Below, one piece after another: positions 1 to 9,660 of a stretch of DNA of 63,399 nt. The stretch spans positions 1 to 63,399 of the forward strand of contig JBGXXV010000080.1 of the NCBI GenBank assembly GCA_041814825.1. The letters run 5' to 3'. How positions within the stretch are numbered: the first letter of the stretch is position 1; each line of letters begins with the position of its first letter. Made by a program: the position numbers and the translations under genes. This stretch comes from Bacteroidota bacterium (GTDB lineage Bacteria; Bacteroidota; Bacteroidia; Bacteroidales; Paludibacteraceae). Below the pieces are notes generated by a model, which saw only the letters and a program-made list of their open reading frames with translations, was not told the origin of the DNA and searched no databases.

Positions 1-810
1 CAAAGAGCAAACAATCTAAAAAAGATTTTTCACGATTTTTCGGGGTCTATCGGCTTAGTCTATAAAAAAGCATACCAAACTTGGCGTGCAAATATCGGAA
101 AAAGTTTTCGTTATCCGTCGGCTAACGAACTCGCTTCCAACGGCATACATCACGGAGCATTCAGACACGAACAAGGTGACATCAATCTTCTACCCGAACA
201 AAGCTATCAGTTGGATGTCGGATATGAATATTCCGACAAAAAATTCGGTTTCTCTGCAACACCTTTCGTATCCTATTTCTCTAATTATATATTTCTGGAG
301 CCTACGGGCAATTGGTCTATTTTACCTCACAGCGGACAAATATACAGGTATCGACAGGCAGAAGTATGGCTTGGTGGCGGCGAAATATCCGCAAACTATG
401 CGTTTGCTGCCGATTGGAAAACTTCGCTCGGTATAGAATATTTATATAACCTCAATATAACCGATGGCTATCCTCTTCCATTTTCGGTGCCGACCAAAAC
501 GACTTTTGACATAACTTACTCTTCAACCACCGAAGGTATATGCCAAAGCTACTATTTTTCGATGGGAGCAGACTATATTTTTGCTCAAAACCGTATCGCA
601 AGGAACGAAGAGACAACTCCCGATGCACTATTATTAAACTTTTCGGCAAATGCTTTTTGGAAAATAGGCAAATGGGCATTCATAACTGATTTTCAGATAC
701 ATAATATACTGAATACGGCTTATCTGAATCATTTAAGTTTTTACCGAAAGCTAAACGCACCTGAGCCTGGACGAAATATTCAATTAATAGTAAAAATACC
801 ATTCGGTTAA
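1..810 (+). CDS. TonB-dependent outer-membrane receptor, C-terminal part (5' end outside window)
   Basis: Frame 1 is open from base 1 (..NIGKSFRYPSANELASNGIHHG..PEQSYQLD..) to the C-terminal HNILNTAYLNHLS..PGRNIQLIVKIPF signature typical of TonB-dependent receptors. Confidence 0.85.
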   Translation, partial: QRANNLKKIFHDFSGSIGLVYKKAYQTWRANIGKSFRYPSANELASNGIHHGAFRHEQGDINLLPEQSYQLDVGYEYSDKKFGFSATPFVSYFSNYIFLEPTGNWSILPHSGQIYRYRQAEVWLGGGEISANYAFAADWKTSLGIEYLYNLNITDGYPLPFSVPTKTTFDITYSSTTEGICQSYYFSMGADYIFAQNRIARNEETTPDALLLNFSANAFWKIGKWAFITDFQIHNILNTAYLNHLSFYRKLNAPEPGRNIQLIVKIPFG

Positions 811-864
811 TATGATTACGAATAATTATCACATAAAATATTAATTAAAAAACAAAGTAAAAAA

Positions 865-1377
865 ATGAAAAAATTATTTTTAGTAAGTATTGTGCTATTA
901 GGCACATTGGTATTTACATCGTGCGAACGCGAACCAAAAGACACCGAACGCCCTGTTATCGACCTAATAGGTCCGGAAGCTAAAGAAGCCATCAAACCGG
1001 GGAGCGATGTACATTTTGAAGTAAAATTTTCCGACAATATTGCCTTAGCTTCGTATAAGGTAAATATACACGGTAATTTTAAACCACACACACACATTAT
1101 TGCCAGCAATGCCGAAAACGACTCGGTAATATTCGACAAAACCTGGTTGGAAGAAGATTTCATCAATGCAGGAGAAAGAGAAAGCATCAATGGCAAAAAG
1201 GAAGTTACCATACATCATCACAAAATAGTAATACCCGCTACTATTGACGGTAAACCCATCAAAGCAGGTCCATACCATTTTATGGTATATTGTACGGACA
1301 AAGCAGGCAACGAATCGTTTGTCGCCAGAGATATAACAATATCTTATTCTGCGGCCGATCACGACCATCACCATTAA
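865..1377 (+). CDS. DUF4625-like lipoprotein with His-rich C-terminus
   Basis: Lipobox FTSC; DTERPVI, SDNIALASYKVNIHGNF and GPYHFMVYCTDKAGN motifs; HDHHH tail; follows a TonB receptor. Confidence 0.75.
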   Translation: MKKLFLVSIVLLGTLVFTSCEREPKDTERPVIDLIGPEAKEAIKPGSDVHFEVKFSDNIALASYKVNIHGNFKPHTHIIASNAENDSVIFDKTWLEEDFINAGERESINGKKEVTIHHHKIVIPATIDGKPIKAGPYHFMVYCTDKAGNESFVARDITISYSAADHDHHH

Positions 1378-1411
1378 AATAAATATTATTAATTTAAAAA
1401 TTTTATAAACC

Positions 1412-2236
1412 ATGAGAAACAAAATAATTATTAGCGTAGCCATTATTGCGGTGGCAATCAGTTCTTTTACCTCTTGTAATAAAGAAAATCCCATTTCCAA
1501 ACCACCTGTCATCAAAAATTTGGAGCTAGGGATAAAAAACAGCCACGAAGCTTATATCGGAGCGGATATTCACATAGAAGCAGAGATTGAAGCAGAGAAC
1601 AAAATTGATAAAATAACGGTAGAAATACATCAAAATGAAAATGGCGGTACAGAGATAAAAAAAGTGTATACCGAATTCAGCGGTCAGAGAAATACTAATT
1701 TTCACAAACACTTGGATATACCCAAAGATGCAAAAGAAGGCGAATATCATTTGCATTTCACAGTAACCGACCTATCCGGCAATCAAACCGATATCGAAGA
1801 GACTATCAAGATAAAAAAGATTAACGACACCGAAGCTCCCGTTATTACCATTTCGAATGCTCCCGAAAACGGCAAAACCTTTTCCAAAGGAGAAACAATA
1901 AGTATTTCGGGAACAATAAAAGACAACAATGCGTTAGGCGGACTACTCATTTCATTAGTAAAAGAGTCGGACAATATTGCCGATAAAGATGTTACAGGCA
2001 GAAACAAGTCGGTAATCATTATGCTACATACACACGATTTCGATAGTGCCAATTCTCATAATTTTTCTGCCTCTATCGTAGTAGGAGCCGAAAACGACAA
2101 CAATATGAATCCTGCCCCGATAACGGGACAAAACCAGTGGCGAGAAGGGAATTATTATATCTTGGTAAAATCCAAAGATGCCATGGGTAATTCGGCTATT
2201 TCCAAGCGATACCCCATTATCCTAAATATCAACTAA
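1412..2236 (+). CDS. Two-domain DUF4625-like lipoprotein
   Basis: Lipobox FTSC; FHKHLDIP..GEYHLHFTVTDLSGNQ motif; second Ig-like domain begins at DTEAPVITI. Confidence 0.75.
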   Translation: MRNKIIISVAIIAVAISSFTSCNKENPISKPPVIKNLELGIKNSHEAYIGADIHIEAEIEAENKIDKITVEIHQNENGGTEIKKVYTEFSGQRNTNFHKHLDIPKDAKEGEYHLHFTVTDLSGNQTDIEETIKIKKINDTEAPVITISNAPENGKTFSKGETISISGTIKDNNALGGLLISLVKESDNIADKDVTGRNKSVIIMLHTHDFDSANSHNFSASIVVGAENDNNMNPAPITGQNQWREGNYYILVKSKDAMGNSAISKRYPIILNIN

Positions 2237-2242
2237 ATACGA

Positions 2243-2274
2243 AAGGCTGCCAAATACACATTGGCAGCTTTTTT
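2243..2274 (+). terminator. Rho-independent terminator
   Basis: GGCTGCCAA/TTGGCAGCT stem followed by a T run. Confidence 0.75.
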
Positions 2275-2390
2275 ATTTACAAAATCCGAAAATCGTTCAC
2301 ATAATCCGACTCTGTATAAAGTTGTATAAAATCAATTCTATTATAAATAAAATCAATCTACTATAATTTGTACGCACAACATATTTTGCA

Positions 2391-2398
2391 TAATTTTG
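2391..2398 (+). promoter_or_regulatory. Bacteroidetes sigma-A -7 element for ahpC
   Basis: TAATTTTG matches TAnnTTTG about 50 bp before the ATG. Confidence 0.55.
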
Positions 2399-2448
2399 CA
2401 ATCAAAATATTGTATAATTAATTAAAAATTCAAATAAATAAAAAATTT

Positions 2449-3015
2449 ATGACAACTATTATCAATTCTATGCTTCCGGAGTTCAAACTCCAAGCATTCC
2501 ATAATGGAGAATTTAAAACAATTTCTTCTGACGACGTAAAAGGCAAATGGGGAATATTTTTCTTTTATCCTGCCGACTTTACATTCGTATGTCCTACCGA
2601 ACTGGAAGATATGGCAGACAAATACGCCGATTTTCAAGCTATGGGCGTTGAGGTTTATTCCGTTAGTTGCGACACTCATTTCGTACACAAAGCATGGCAC
2701 GATGCATCGGATAGCATCAAAAAAATCAAATACCCTATGTTAGCAGACACCAAAGGAGACTTGGCAAGAGCATTAGGTGTAATGATAGAAGAGGAAGGAA
2801 TGGCATATAGAGGCACTTTTGTAGTAAACCCCGAAGGACTGATTAAAATTGTAGAGATGCACGATAACGGAATAGGACGCGATGCAAGCGAACTGTTGCG
2901 TAAGGTAGAAGCCGCTCAGTTTGTAGCAACACACAGCGGAGAGGTATGTCCTGCCAAATGGCGAAGAGGGAGTGCCACGCTAAAACCAAGTATTGACCTT
3001 GTAGGAAAAATTTAA
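2449..3015 (+). CDS. ahpC: Alkyl hydroperoxide reductase subunit C (2-Cys peroxiredoxin)
   Basis: FYPADFTFVCPTE and GEVCPAKW motifs; LKPSIDLVGKI C-terminus. Confidence 0.97.
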   Translation: MTTIINSMLPEFKLQAFHNGEFKTISSDDVKGKWGIFFFYPADFTFVCPTELEDMADKYADFQAMGVEVYSVSCDTHFVHKAWHDASDSIKKIKYPMLADTKGDLARALGVMIEEEGMAYRGTFVVNPEGLIKIVEMHDNGIGRDASELLRKVEAAQFVATHSGEVCPAKWRRGSATLKPSIDLVGKI

Positions 3016-3021
3016 TTTTCG

Positions 3022-3059
3022 TTGCCTGTAAAAAATTTATTAATTTTACAGGCAATTTT
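3022..3059 (+). terminator. Terminator after ahpC
   Basis: TTGCCTGTAAAA/TTTTACAGGCAA inverted repeat followed by Ts. Confidence 0.7.
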
Positions 3060-3102
3060 ATTATAACCCATTATTAAAACATTCTAATATTATTAGGACA
3101 AT

Positions 3103-3618
3103 ATGCTTGCCAACCGACACATTACTCTAAGGGCTGTAGAACCCGAAGATTTGGAATTTCTGTACAAAATAGAAAACCAATCTTCGTTATGGCTGTACTC
3201 TGCTCGTAAAGAGCCTTATTCAAGATTCGCCATAAGGCAATACATAAAAAATTGCGACCAATCTGTCTTCGAGAGAGGACAATTACGGTTTATGATTGTA
3301 TTGAATGACGAAAATGTAACTATTGGCACTATCGACATTTTCGATTTTGACTACAACAACCGAAAGGCTGAGTTCGGAATATTTATCGACTCGCAATATC
3401 GACACAACGGCTATGCTGCACAGGCAATCGAACTATTATCGTCGTATAGCAAAGATTTCCTAAACTTACATCAACTATATAGCTATGTAGAAAGCCAAAA
3501 TAAAGCCTCTCGGCAGACTATGCTCAAATGCGGTTTTACACACACGGCAACACTAAAAGAATGGCTCTATTTTAGCTCAAAATACCACGACATAGATATT
3601 TTTCAAAAAATATTGTAA
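3103..3618 (+). CDS. GNAT family N-acetyltransferase (RimJ/SpeG-like)
   Basis: LRAVEPEDL start; YRHNGYA acetyl-CoA loop; N..S....KCGF motif. Confidence 0.85.
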   Translation: MLANRHITLRAVEPEDLEFLYKIENQSSLWLYSARKEPYSRFAIRQYIKNCDQSVFERGQLRFMIVLNDENVTIGTIDIFDFDYNNRKAEFGIFIDSQYRHNGYAAQAIELLSSYSKDFLNLHQLYSYVESQNKASRQTMLKCGFTHTATLKEWLYFSSKYHDIDIFQKIL

Positions 3619-3627
3619 TAAACGAAA

Positions 3628-3660
3628 GTATCCGCACCCTTCACAAAAGGATACGGATAC
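3628..3660. terminator. Hairpin between convergent GNAT and degP genes
   Basis: GTATCCG..CCT/AGG..CGGATAC inverted repeat. Confidence 0.55.
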
Positions 3661-3708
3661 CCATCAACAACTAAAATTTATTTTTTATGAAAAAATTTTT
3701 GTCAGCCA

Positions 3709-5199
3709 CTATTTGAGGTTTACGACATAGTGCCTTATCGTATTATCTTTGGCTATACCGGTAACAAAAAGCACTTTGTCGGTATCTTCATTATTAATAG
3801 CCTCAGAATATATCGACGCTACATTATCGGTAGATGACACGGCTTTGTTGTTTATTTTTAGCACTATAAACCCTTTTTCTATACCTGCTTTGGCAAAAAG
3901 CCCACCTTTTTTTACATCTTGTACCAAGAGTCCTCCGTTATAGTTCAACTGTCGTTTCATCTGTGTAGGTAGCGGTGCGAGCTCCACTCCCAAATCGGCT
4001 ATGCTCGCTCCCCTTACTATCTTTGTATTGCCATTGGTATTTTTTAGCCTCACTTTAAAGGTCTGCTCTTTGTTTTTTCTGTTTACAGATACACTAATCT
4101 CGTTGCCCGGACGATAGGCTGCTACTTGCTCTTGAAGTTCGGCAACAGATTTTACTCTCACACCATTAACGGCTGTTATTACATCTCCTACCTTAATGCC
4201 TGCCTCTTGTGCCGAAGAGTTTTCTTCTACACCTCCTACATAAACACCATCAAGTATCTGTATATCTTTCTCTTTTGCAAGTTTGTCGTCTATATTCGAT
4301 ATACGTACCCCAAGTACAGCTCTTTGTACGGTACCATACTCTTTGAGGTCGGCCACTACTTTGCTTACGATTGTGGTCGGTACGGCAAATCCATATCCCG
4401 AGTATGTACCCGTATTCGAAGCAATAGCCGTATTAATACCTACGAGTTCGCCCGCCATATTTACCAAAGCACCACCGCTATTACCGGGGTTTATAGCCGC
4501 ATCGGTCTGAATAAAACTCTCTATTTTTCGCTCTGCGTTCAGAATGCTTATATCTCTGGCTTTAGCCGATACAATACCTGCCGTAACTGTCGAGGTCAGA
4601 TTAAACGGATTACCTATGGCAAGCACCCATTCTCCGACTTTCAGATTATCCGAATTGCCCAAAACAATCGGTTGCAAATCCGTCGTCTCTATCTTTATAA
4701 GAGCAATATCCGTCGAAGGGTCTGCCCCTATTATTTTTGCTATAAATGTACGTTTGTCATTAAGGGTTACCTCTATTTCGGTAGCTTTATCTATTACATG
4801 ATTGTTGGTTACGATATATCCGTCTGTCGAAATAATCACTCCCGAACCTGCTCCTGTTACGCTCTCGGGTTGAGAATATTCTTGTTGATTGGGTTGCCCG
4901 AAAAAGAATTCAAAAAACGGGTCATTAAAACCGCCGAAACCTCCTCCTCTACTCTGTACTTTCTGTTTTACCTTAACGTGTACCACAGAGTGTACCGTGC
5001 GTTCCGCCGCAACAGTAAGGTCGGTCTGCCCTATTTGAGTATTGGACATAGAAGCAAATTTTACGGGAGTATTTGCGTCTGTGGCAATACTTTTAGAATT
5101 GCTTTTATCAAAATTTCGATAAACTGTTACTGTTGCAATAGATGTTACAGAAGACAATACTATTGCACACACAATTAAAATTAAATTCTTTCTGCTCAT
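3709..5199 (-). CDS. degP: HtrA/DegP (Do family) serine protease with two PDZ domains
   Basis: GSGVII, TNNHV, DIALIK and QTDAAINPGNSGGAL catalytic-triad motifs; C-terminal PDZ domains. Confidence 0.93.
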   Translation of the reverse strand: MSRKNLILIVCAIVLSSVTSIATVTVYRNFDKSNSKSIATDANTPVKFASMSNTQIGQTDLTVAAERTVHSVVHVKVKQKVQSRGGGFGGFNDPFFEFFFGQPNQQEYSQPESVTGAGSGVIISTDGYIVTNNHVIDKATEIEVTLNDKRTFIAKIIGADPSTDIALIKIETTDLQPIVLGNSDNLKVGEWVLAIGNPFNLTSTVTAGIVSAKARDISILNAERKIESFIQTDAAINPGNSGGALVNMAGELVGINTAIASNTGTYSGYGFAVPTTIVSKVVADLKEYGTVQRAVLGVRISNIDDKLAKEKDIQILDGVYVGGVEENSSAQEAGIKVGDVITAVNGVRVKSVAELQEQVAAYRPGNEISVSVNRKNKEQTFKVRLKNTNGNTKIVRGASIADLGVELAPLPTQMKRQLNYNGGLLVQDVKKGGLFAKAGIEKGFIVLKINNKAVSSTDNVASIYSEAINNEDTDKVLFVTGIAKDNTIRHYVVNLK

Positions 5200-5400
5200 A
5201 AAATTAAATTTATATTAATATTTATTTTTTTATTCTTTGTTGTTGAAGATTTAGATGGATATAAAAAAAAAGGTTTAATCCTATTTGTTAATTTTTGCAC
5301 AAAAATAAATTAATTTACATTAAACCACAGTAAAAAATCACAAAAACGACAAACAAAAAGACTAAATTAACATTTAGACCGTTATTTGAAGTATATTCCG

Positions 5401-6795
5401 TTACAGCTTTAACACTGCCTGTTTGAACTGTTCGCCTCTATCCTGATAGTTTTTAAACAAATCGAAACTCGCACAACAAGGCGAAAGCAATACAGTATCG
5501 CCCTCTTTGGCTGTTTGATAGGCTTTTTCGACACATTGACGCATCGAACGGACTTCGTAATAAGGTATTGCATTGCCCACCCTATTTTTGCATCGAGAAA
5601 AAAACTTCACAAGCTTTTCATTATCAACCCCAAGAAATATCAAAGCACTCACTTTTTGACTAACCAATTCGACTATGTCGGTATAGTCATTGCCTTTGTC
5701 GGTACCCCCCAATATAAGCACCACCGGAGTATTCATACTCTGTAAAGCATACCAACAAGAGTTTACATTTGTCGCCTTAGAATCGTTGATATAACGCACA
5801 CCTTTTACTGTGGCCACATACTCCATACGATGCTCTACTCCTTCGAATGTTTCGAGCGATTGCTTAACTATTGACTTATCTACATTCAAAATCGCCCCTA
5901 CAAGCCCCGCCGCCATAGAATTATACAGATTATGATTGCCTTTCAGAGAGAGGCTGTCGGCATCCATTGTCAAAAATTGCGAACAGTCAATATTCTCTAA
6001 AACAAGACTATCTCCGTTTACAAAAGCTCGGTTATCCGTTTTACCCTTGTCGGTATTGCCGAAAGGCATCTGTTTGGCTCGAATGTCTCGTCTCCTTATT
6101 TCGTCGGTTACTACATTGTCGCCCGACCAAAATATAAAATAATCGTTGGCTGTCTGATTTTGCAAGATTCTAAATTTGGAATCCACGTAATTCTGAAAAT
6201 CGTAATCGTAACGGTCTAAATGGTCGGGAGTAATATTGGTAATAATCGCTATATCAGCCTTAAAGCGATACATACCATCGAGCTGAAAACTGCTCAACTC
6301 CAACACATAATAATCAAAATTCGCTTCTGCCACCTGCCACGCAAAACTCTTACCCACATTACCGGCTAATCCTACGTTATATCCTGCATTCTTCAAGATA
6401 TAATATGTGAGCATAGTAGTGGTAGTTTTGCCGTTAGAGCCTGTTATACAGACTGTTTTGGCATCGGTATAACGCCCCGCAAACTCTATCTCCGAAACCA
6501 CAGGTATATTTTTCTCCGAGATAGCCTTGATAATAGGCGCTTTATCGGGGATACCCGGACTTTTGACAACTTCTATCGAAGTGTATTCGTTTGTCGTCGA
6601 CAACAAATTCCAAACCTTATCGTGTGTATTCTCTTCAAAAGATATGTTACGCGAAATAAGTTCATCGCGATACTCCGATTGTATTTTGCCAAAATCGGAC
6701 ACAAACACATCAAACCCCTGTTTTTTTGCTAATATAGCGGTACCGACACCGCTTTCGCCCGCACCGAGCACTATTATTCTGCTTCTTTTGTTCAT
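5401..6795 (-). CDS. murD: UDP-N-acetylmuramoyl-L-alanine--D-glutamate ligase
   Basis: GAGESG, ITGSNGKTTTT, ELSSFQL, NDSKATN and LLSPCCASFDLF motifs. Confidence 0.97.
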   Translation of the reverse strand: MNKRSRIIVLGAGESGVGTAILAKKQGFDVFVSDFGKIQSEYRDELISRNISFEENTHDKVWNLLSTTNEYTSIEVVKSPGIPDKAPIIKAISEKNIPVVSEIEFAGRYTDAKTVCITGSNGKTTTTMLTYYILKNAGYNVGLAGNVGKSFAWQVAEANFDYYVLELSSFQLDGMYRFKADIAIITNITPDHLDRYDYDFQNYVDSKFRILQNQTANDYFIFWSGDNVVTDEIRRRDIRAKQMPFGNTDKGKTDNRAFVNGDSLVLENIDCSQFLTMDADSLSLKGNHNLYNSMAAGLVGAILNVDKSIVKQSLETFEGVEHRMEYVATVKGVRYINDSKATNVNSCWYALQSMNTPVVLILGGTDKGNDYTDIVELVSQKVSALIFLGVDNEKLVKFFSRCKNRVGNAIPYYEVRSMRQCVEKAYQTAKEGDTVLLSPCCASFDLFKNYQDRGEQFKQAVLKL

Positions 6796-6875
6796 CTGTT
6801 AAAAATAAAAATGGAGACAAAGTTACTATTTTTACCGCTAAATTTATTAATTTTGTTCGTTTTAAACCCAGAAAT

Positions 6876-7964
6876 ATGAACTATCTACACAATATAGCAT
6901 TAACTTTTATCAAAGGGATTGGTTCGATTGGAGCCAAAAACCTTATTGCCACCTATAAAGAAGCGGAAAACATTTTTAAAGAAAAATCGCACATATTGGC
7001 AAAAATTGCTCGAATAGGTCAGGTTTTGAGCGACCAAAATATCAGAGAAGAGGCTCTAAGGCGGGCAGAGACCGAAATCAACTTTGCACTCAAAAACAAC
7101 ATCAAAATACATTATTACCTCGACCAAACCTATCCGTATCGCCTCAAAGAGTGCGACGACGCTCCGATAATACTATATCAGTCGGGTAATATCGACCTCA
7201 ATTGCGGACATTTGCTTGCTGTGGTAGGCACCCGCAATATCACTCCGTACGGCAAAGAGCTTACGAGCAATCTGATAAGCCAAACCGCCACATATCAGAC
7301 AAACACAACAATCGTAAGCGGATTGGCTTACGGCGTAGACGGATTGGCTCATCGAATGGCCATAAAAGAGAATATACCGACGGTAGCAGTTGTGGCACAC
7401 GGACTGGATACGCTATATCCTTCCCAACACAAAGGTTTAGCCGCACATATTATCGAAAAAGGAGGTGCAATAGTTACGGAATACCCGTCAAGCACAATTC
7501 CCGATGCGCCTAATTTTGTACAACGAAATCGCATAATAGCCGGTATGAGCGATGCCACAGTAGTGGTAGAAAGTGCCTGCAAAGGAGGGGCTTTGATTAC
7601 AGCCGATGCCGCCAACAACTACAACCGCGACGTATTTGCCTTTGCGGGACGTGTCGATGACACTTTTTCGGAAGGTTGCAACAATCTAATTAAAAATCAT
7701 CAGGCTCAGATGATTACCTCAGCAGACGATATATTCAAGATGATGGGTTGGGTACAAAATCATAAAAAACCACAAGCCGAACTCTTCGTCGAACTAACCG
7801 AAGAGGAACAAAAAATAGTATCTATCCTACGCCGAAATGCAATAAATGCCAATGAATTAAGTCGCGAAGCAGGGATTCCTATCCAAAAACTCATATCTAT
7901 GTTGATACTATTAGAGTTTAAAGGAGTGGTAACGGCTCTACCGGGCAACATATATAAGGCATAG
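6876..7964 (+). CDS. dprA: DNA-processing protein DprA
   Basis: AVVGTR, VSGLAYGVD, RNRIIAG, GGALITA and GCNNLIK motifs; C-terminal winged helix. Confidence 0.95.
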   Translation: MNYLHNIALTFIKGIGSIGAKNLIATYKEAENIFKEKSHILAKIARIGQVLSDQNIREEALRRAETEINFALKNNIKIHYYLDQTYPYRLKECDDAPIILYQSGNIDLNCGHLLAVVGTRNITPYGKELTSNLISQTATYQTNTTIVSGLAYGVDGLAHRMAIKENIPTVAVVAHGLDTLYPSQHKGLAAHIIEKGGAIVTEYPSSTIPDAPNFVQRNRIIAGMSDATVVVESACKGGALITADAANNYNRDVFAFAGRVDDTFSEGCNNLIKNHQAQMITSADDIFKMMGWVQNHKKPQAELFVELTEEEQKIVSILRRNAINANELSREAGIPIQKLISMLILLEFKGVVTALPGNIYKA

Positions 7965-8017
7965 CCCCCTTGACCTATTACTACAACAAAAGCCACCTTT
8001 ATTGTAAGTGGCTTCTG

Positions 8018-8090
8018 TGATTCAGCTGGGGCTCGAACCCAGGACCCCATCCTTAAAAGGGATGTGCTCTACCTGCTGAGCTACTGAATC
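8018..8090 (-). tRNA. tRNA-Lys(TTT)
   Basis: Reverse complement GATTCAGTAGCTCAGCAGGTAGAGCACATCCCTTTTAAGGATGGGGTCCTGGGTTCGAGCCCCAGCTGAATCA folds as a cloverleaf, anticodon TTT; TACCTTTG promoter element upstream. Confidence 0.96.
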
Positions 8091-8278
8091 AATAAGAGCA
8101 GTTTTTCACTACTTCCGTCAATTCGGACTGCAAAGGTAGTATTTTTTTTTTATATACAAACCGAAAAAACATATTTTTTGCAATTTTATTACAAAAAAAC
8201 ACACTTCTACAACCGCAAAATCCTAAATAACAAAAACTTAACTACAATATTTTTTTTTTCAAAAAACAATGATTTCTA

Positions 8279-9523
8279 TTAAAACTTCAAAGAAAATTTT
8301 CTGCCCAATTCATCTACCGCATAATATTTATTTTTCTCTATCAACAGAGCAGACGGCTTGTTTTCTCCTATTTTTCTTTTTCTTAGCACATCTATATTCA
8401 AAACTTTACCTTCATAATAGCTGCTAATCTCATCTACAACCGTATGTCCTACCACAATCCTATTCACTCCGTAAAACTTACAAATAGCAGAGATATCCGA
8501 CTGTGTCGCCTGCTTATAGAGACCTTTTTTGTGGTCTCTAAAATATCCTCGATACCACAAAGGACTTTCCGAGTCTATGTATGCAGAAAGTTTATCGTCT
8601 TTGCTGTAACCATTGTCGTCATAAAAATCTTCGCCGGGTTTGTGCAAAGCAAGTCGCGTATTGTTATTTATAGACTCTATATTCTCTTTGTTTGAAGCAA
8701 AACGAGGGCTTACTCCTGCATGCACGAAAAGTATGTCATTGATGATTTCGATTACATTTTTACTCCTTAGCCAACGACCTAATTCGGTATTAAGGCCATA
8801 CAAGTCTTCGTAAGGTATTTGTAAAATATTGGCAAGAGCCAAATATTTTTCATCTACATATCTGGCATCGCCTTGTATATTCATTAATTCGTGATTGCCC
8901 AAAATAAAGTGAACCTTACCCCCGTTGCTTTCCGCTTCGTTTTCGAGTTTGTAACAAAGCCATAGTAGGGCAGTAACATCAGTGCCTCTATCGAAGAAGT
9001 CGCCAAGCAGGACCAAATGCCCTTTACCGAAGCTCCAACTTAGATTACTTGTAATAACATCATTTTTAATAAGAATAGCTATAAACTTGTCAAAATCTCC
9101 TTCCACATCAGATATGACAAATATTTTTTCATCAGTTCTATATTTATATTCGGGAGGATTGTTGGTATTGTACTTGGATATCTCAAAGTCTATGCCCGAT
9201 ACCGCCGATGTAATACGCAATATTGATTTGTCGTCTATTATACTGTCTGTTACAGTATTATTCGCATCTACGCAAATCATTCTCTTCTTATTGTTTGCGT
9301 CAAACAAATAGAGTTTGTCCACACCGTTGAGTTTGTAAGATTCATATTGCTTGTCGTAAGATTGTGATTTGTTATTTGTATCCAAAGGTTGTTTCGGACT
9401 GTAAAGTTCGAGATTGATATTTTCTCTGTTTTGTCGGTTAAAATCCTTATCGACAAAACCATACGACAAACACAGTAATAGAAAGCCTCCTAATATAATT
9501 ATTAATAGTCTTGATTTTTTCAT
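8279..9523 (-). CDS. Exported calcineurin-like metallophosphoesterase (Shewanella-like phosphatase type)
   Basis: SDVEGD, LGDFFDRG, LGNHE, VHAG, SPLWYRG and VVGHT motifs; N-terminal hydrophobic signal; start moved to ATG 9523 because a -7 element lies at 9562-9569. Confidence 0.82.
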   Translation of the reverse strand: MKKSRLLIIILGGFLLLCLSYGFVDKDFNRQNRENINLELYSPKQPLDTNNKSQSYDKQYESYKLNGVDKLYLFDANNKKRMICVDANNTVTDSIIDDKSILRITSAVSGIDFEISKYNTNNPPEYKYRTDEKIFVISDVEGDFDKFIAILIKNDVITSNLSWSFGKGHLVLLGDFFDRGTDVTALLWLCYKLENEAESNGGKVHFILGNHELMNIQGDARYVDEKYLALANILQIPYEDLYGLNTELGRWLRSKNVIEIINDILFVHAGVSPRFASNKENIESINNNTRLALHKPGEDFYDDNGYSKDDKLSAYIDSESPLWYRGYFRDHKKGLYKQATQSDISAICKFYGVNRIVVGHTVVDEISSYYEGKVLNIDVLRKRKIGENKPSALLIEKNKYYAVDELGRKFSLKF

Positions 9524-9660
9524 ATTTTTTAGAAAACAAACATTTTTAATTGTGATAAACACAAAGGTAAGTAAAAATATTTTGGTATGCTGATATTATA
9601 CGGTAATTTCTGCAAATAAAATAGTAGTTTTTTTATTACTTTTGTCGGCAGTTATTGATT

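Noticed and set aside
4126-5178. 350-aa ORF antisense to degP, and similar antisense ORFs over gdhA, tsf, the OmpA genes and the M16 peptidase
   Set aside because: Fully overlap well-supported genes on the opposite strand; composition typical of antisense frames
8129-8138. Recurrent TGCAAAGGTA/TACCTTTGCA motif in many intergenic regions
   Set aside because: This is the known Bacteroidetes sigma-A -7 element (TAnnTTTG), not a new repeat
8018-9523. Phosphatase gene as cargo of a tRNA-Lys-integrated island
   Set aside because: It lies on the 5' side of the tRNA; no duplicated tRNA 3' end or integrase seen
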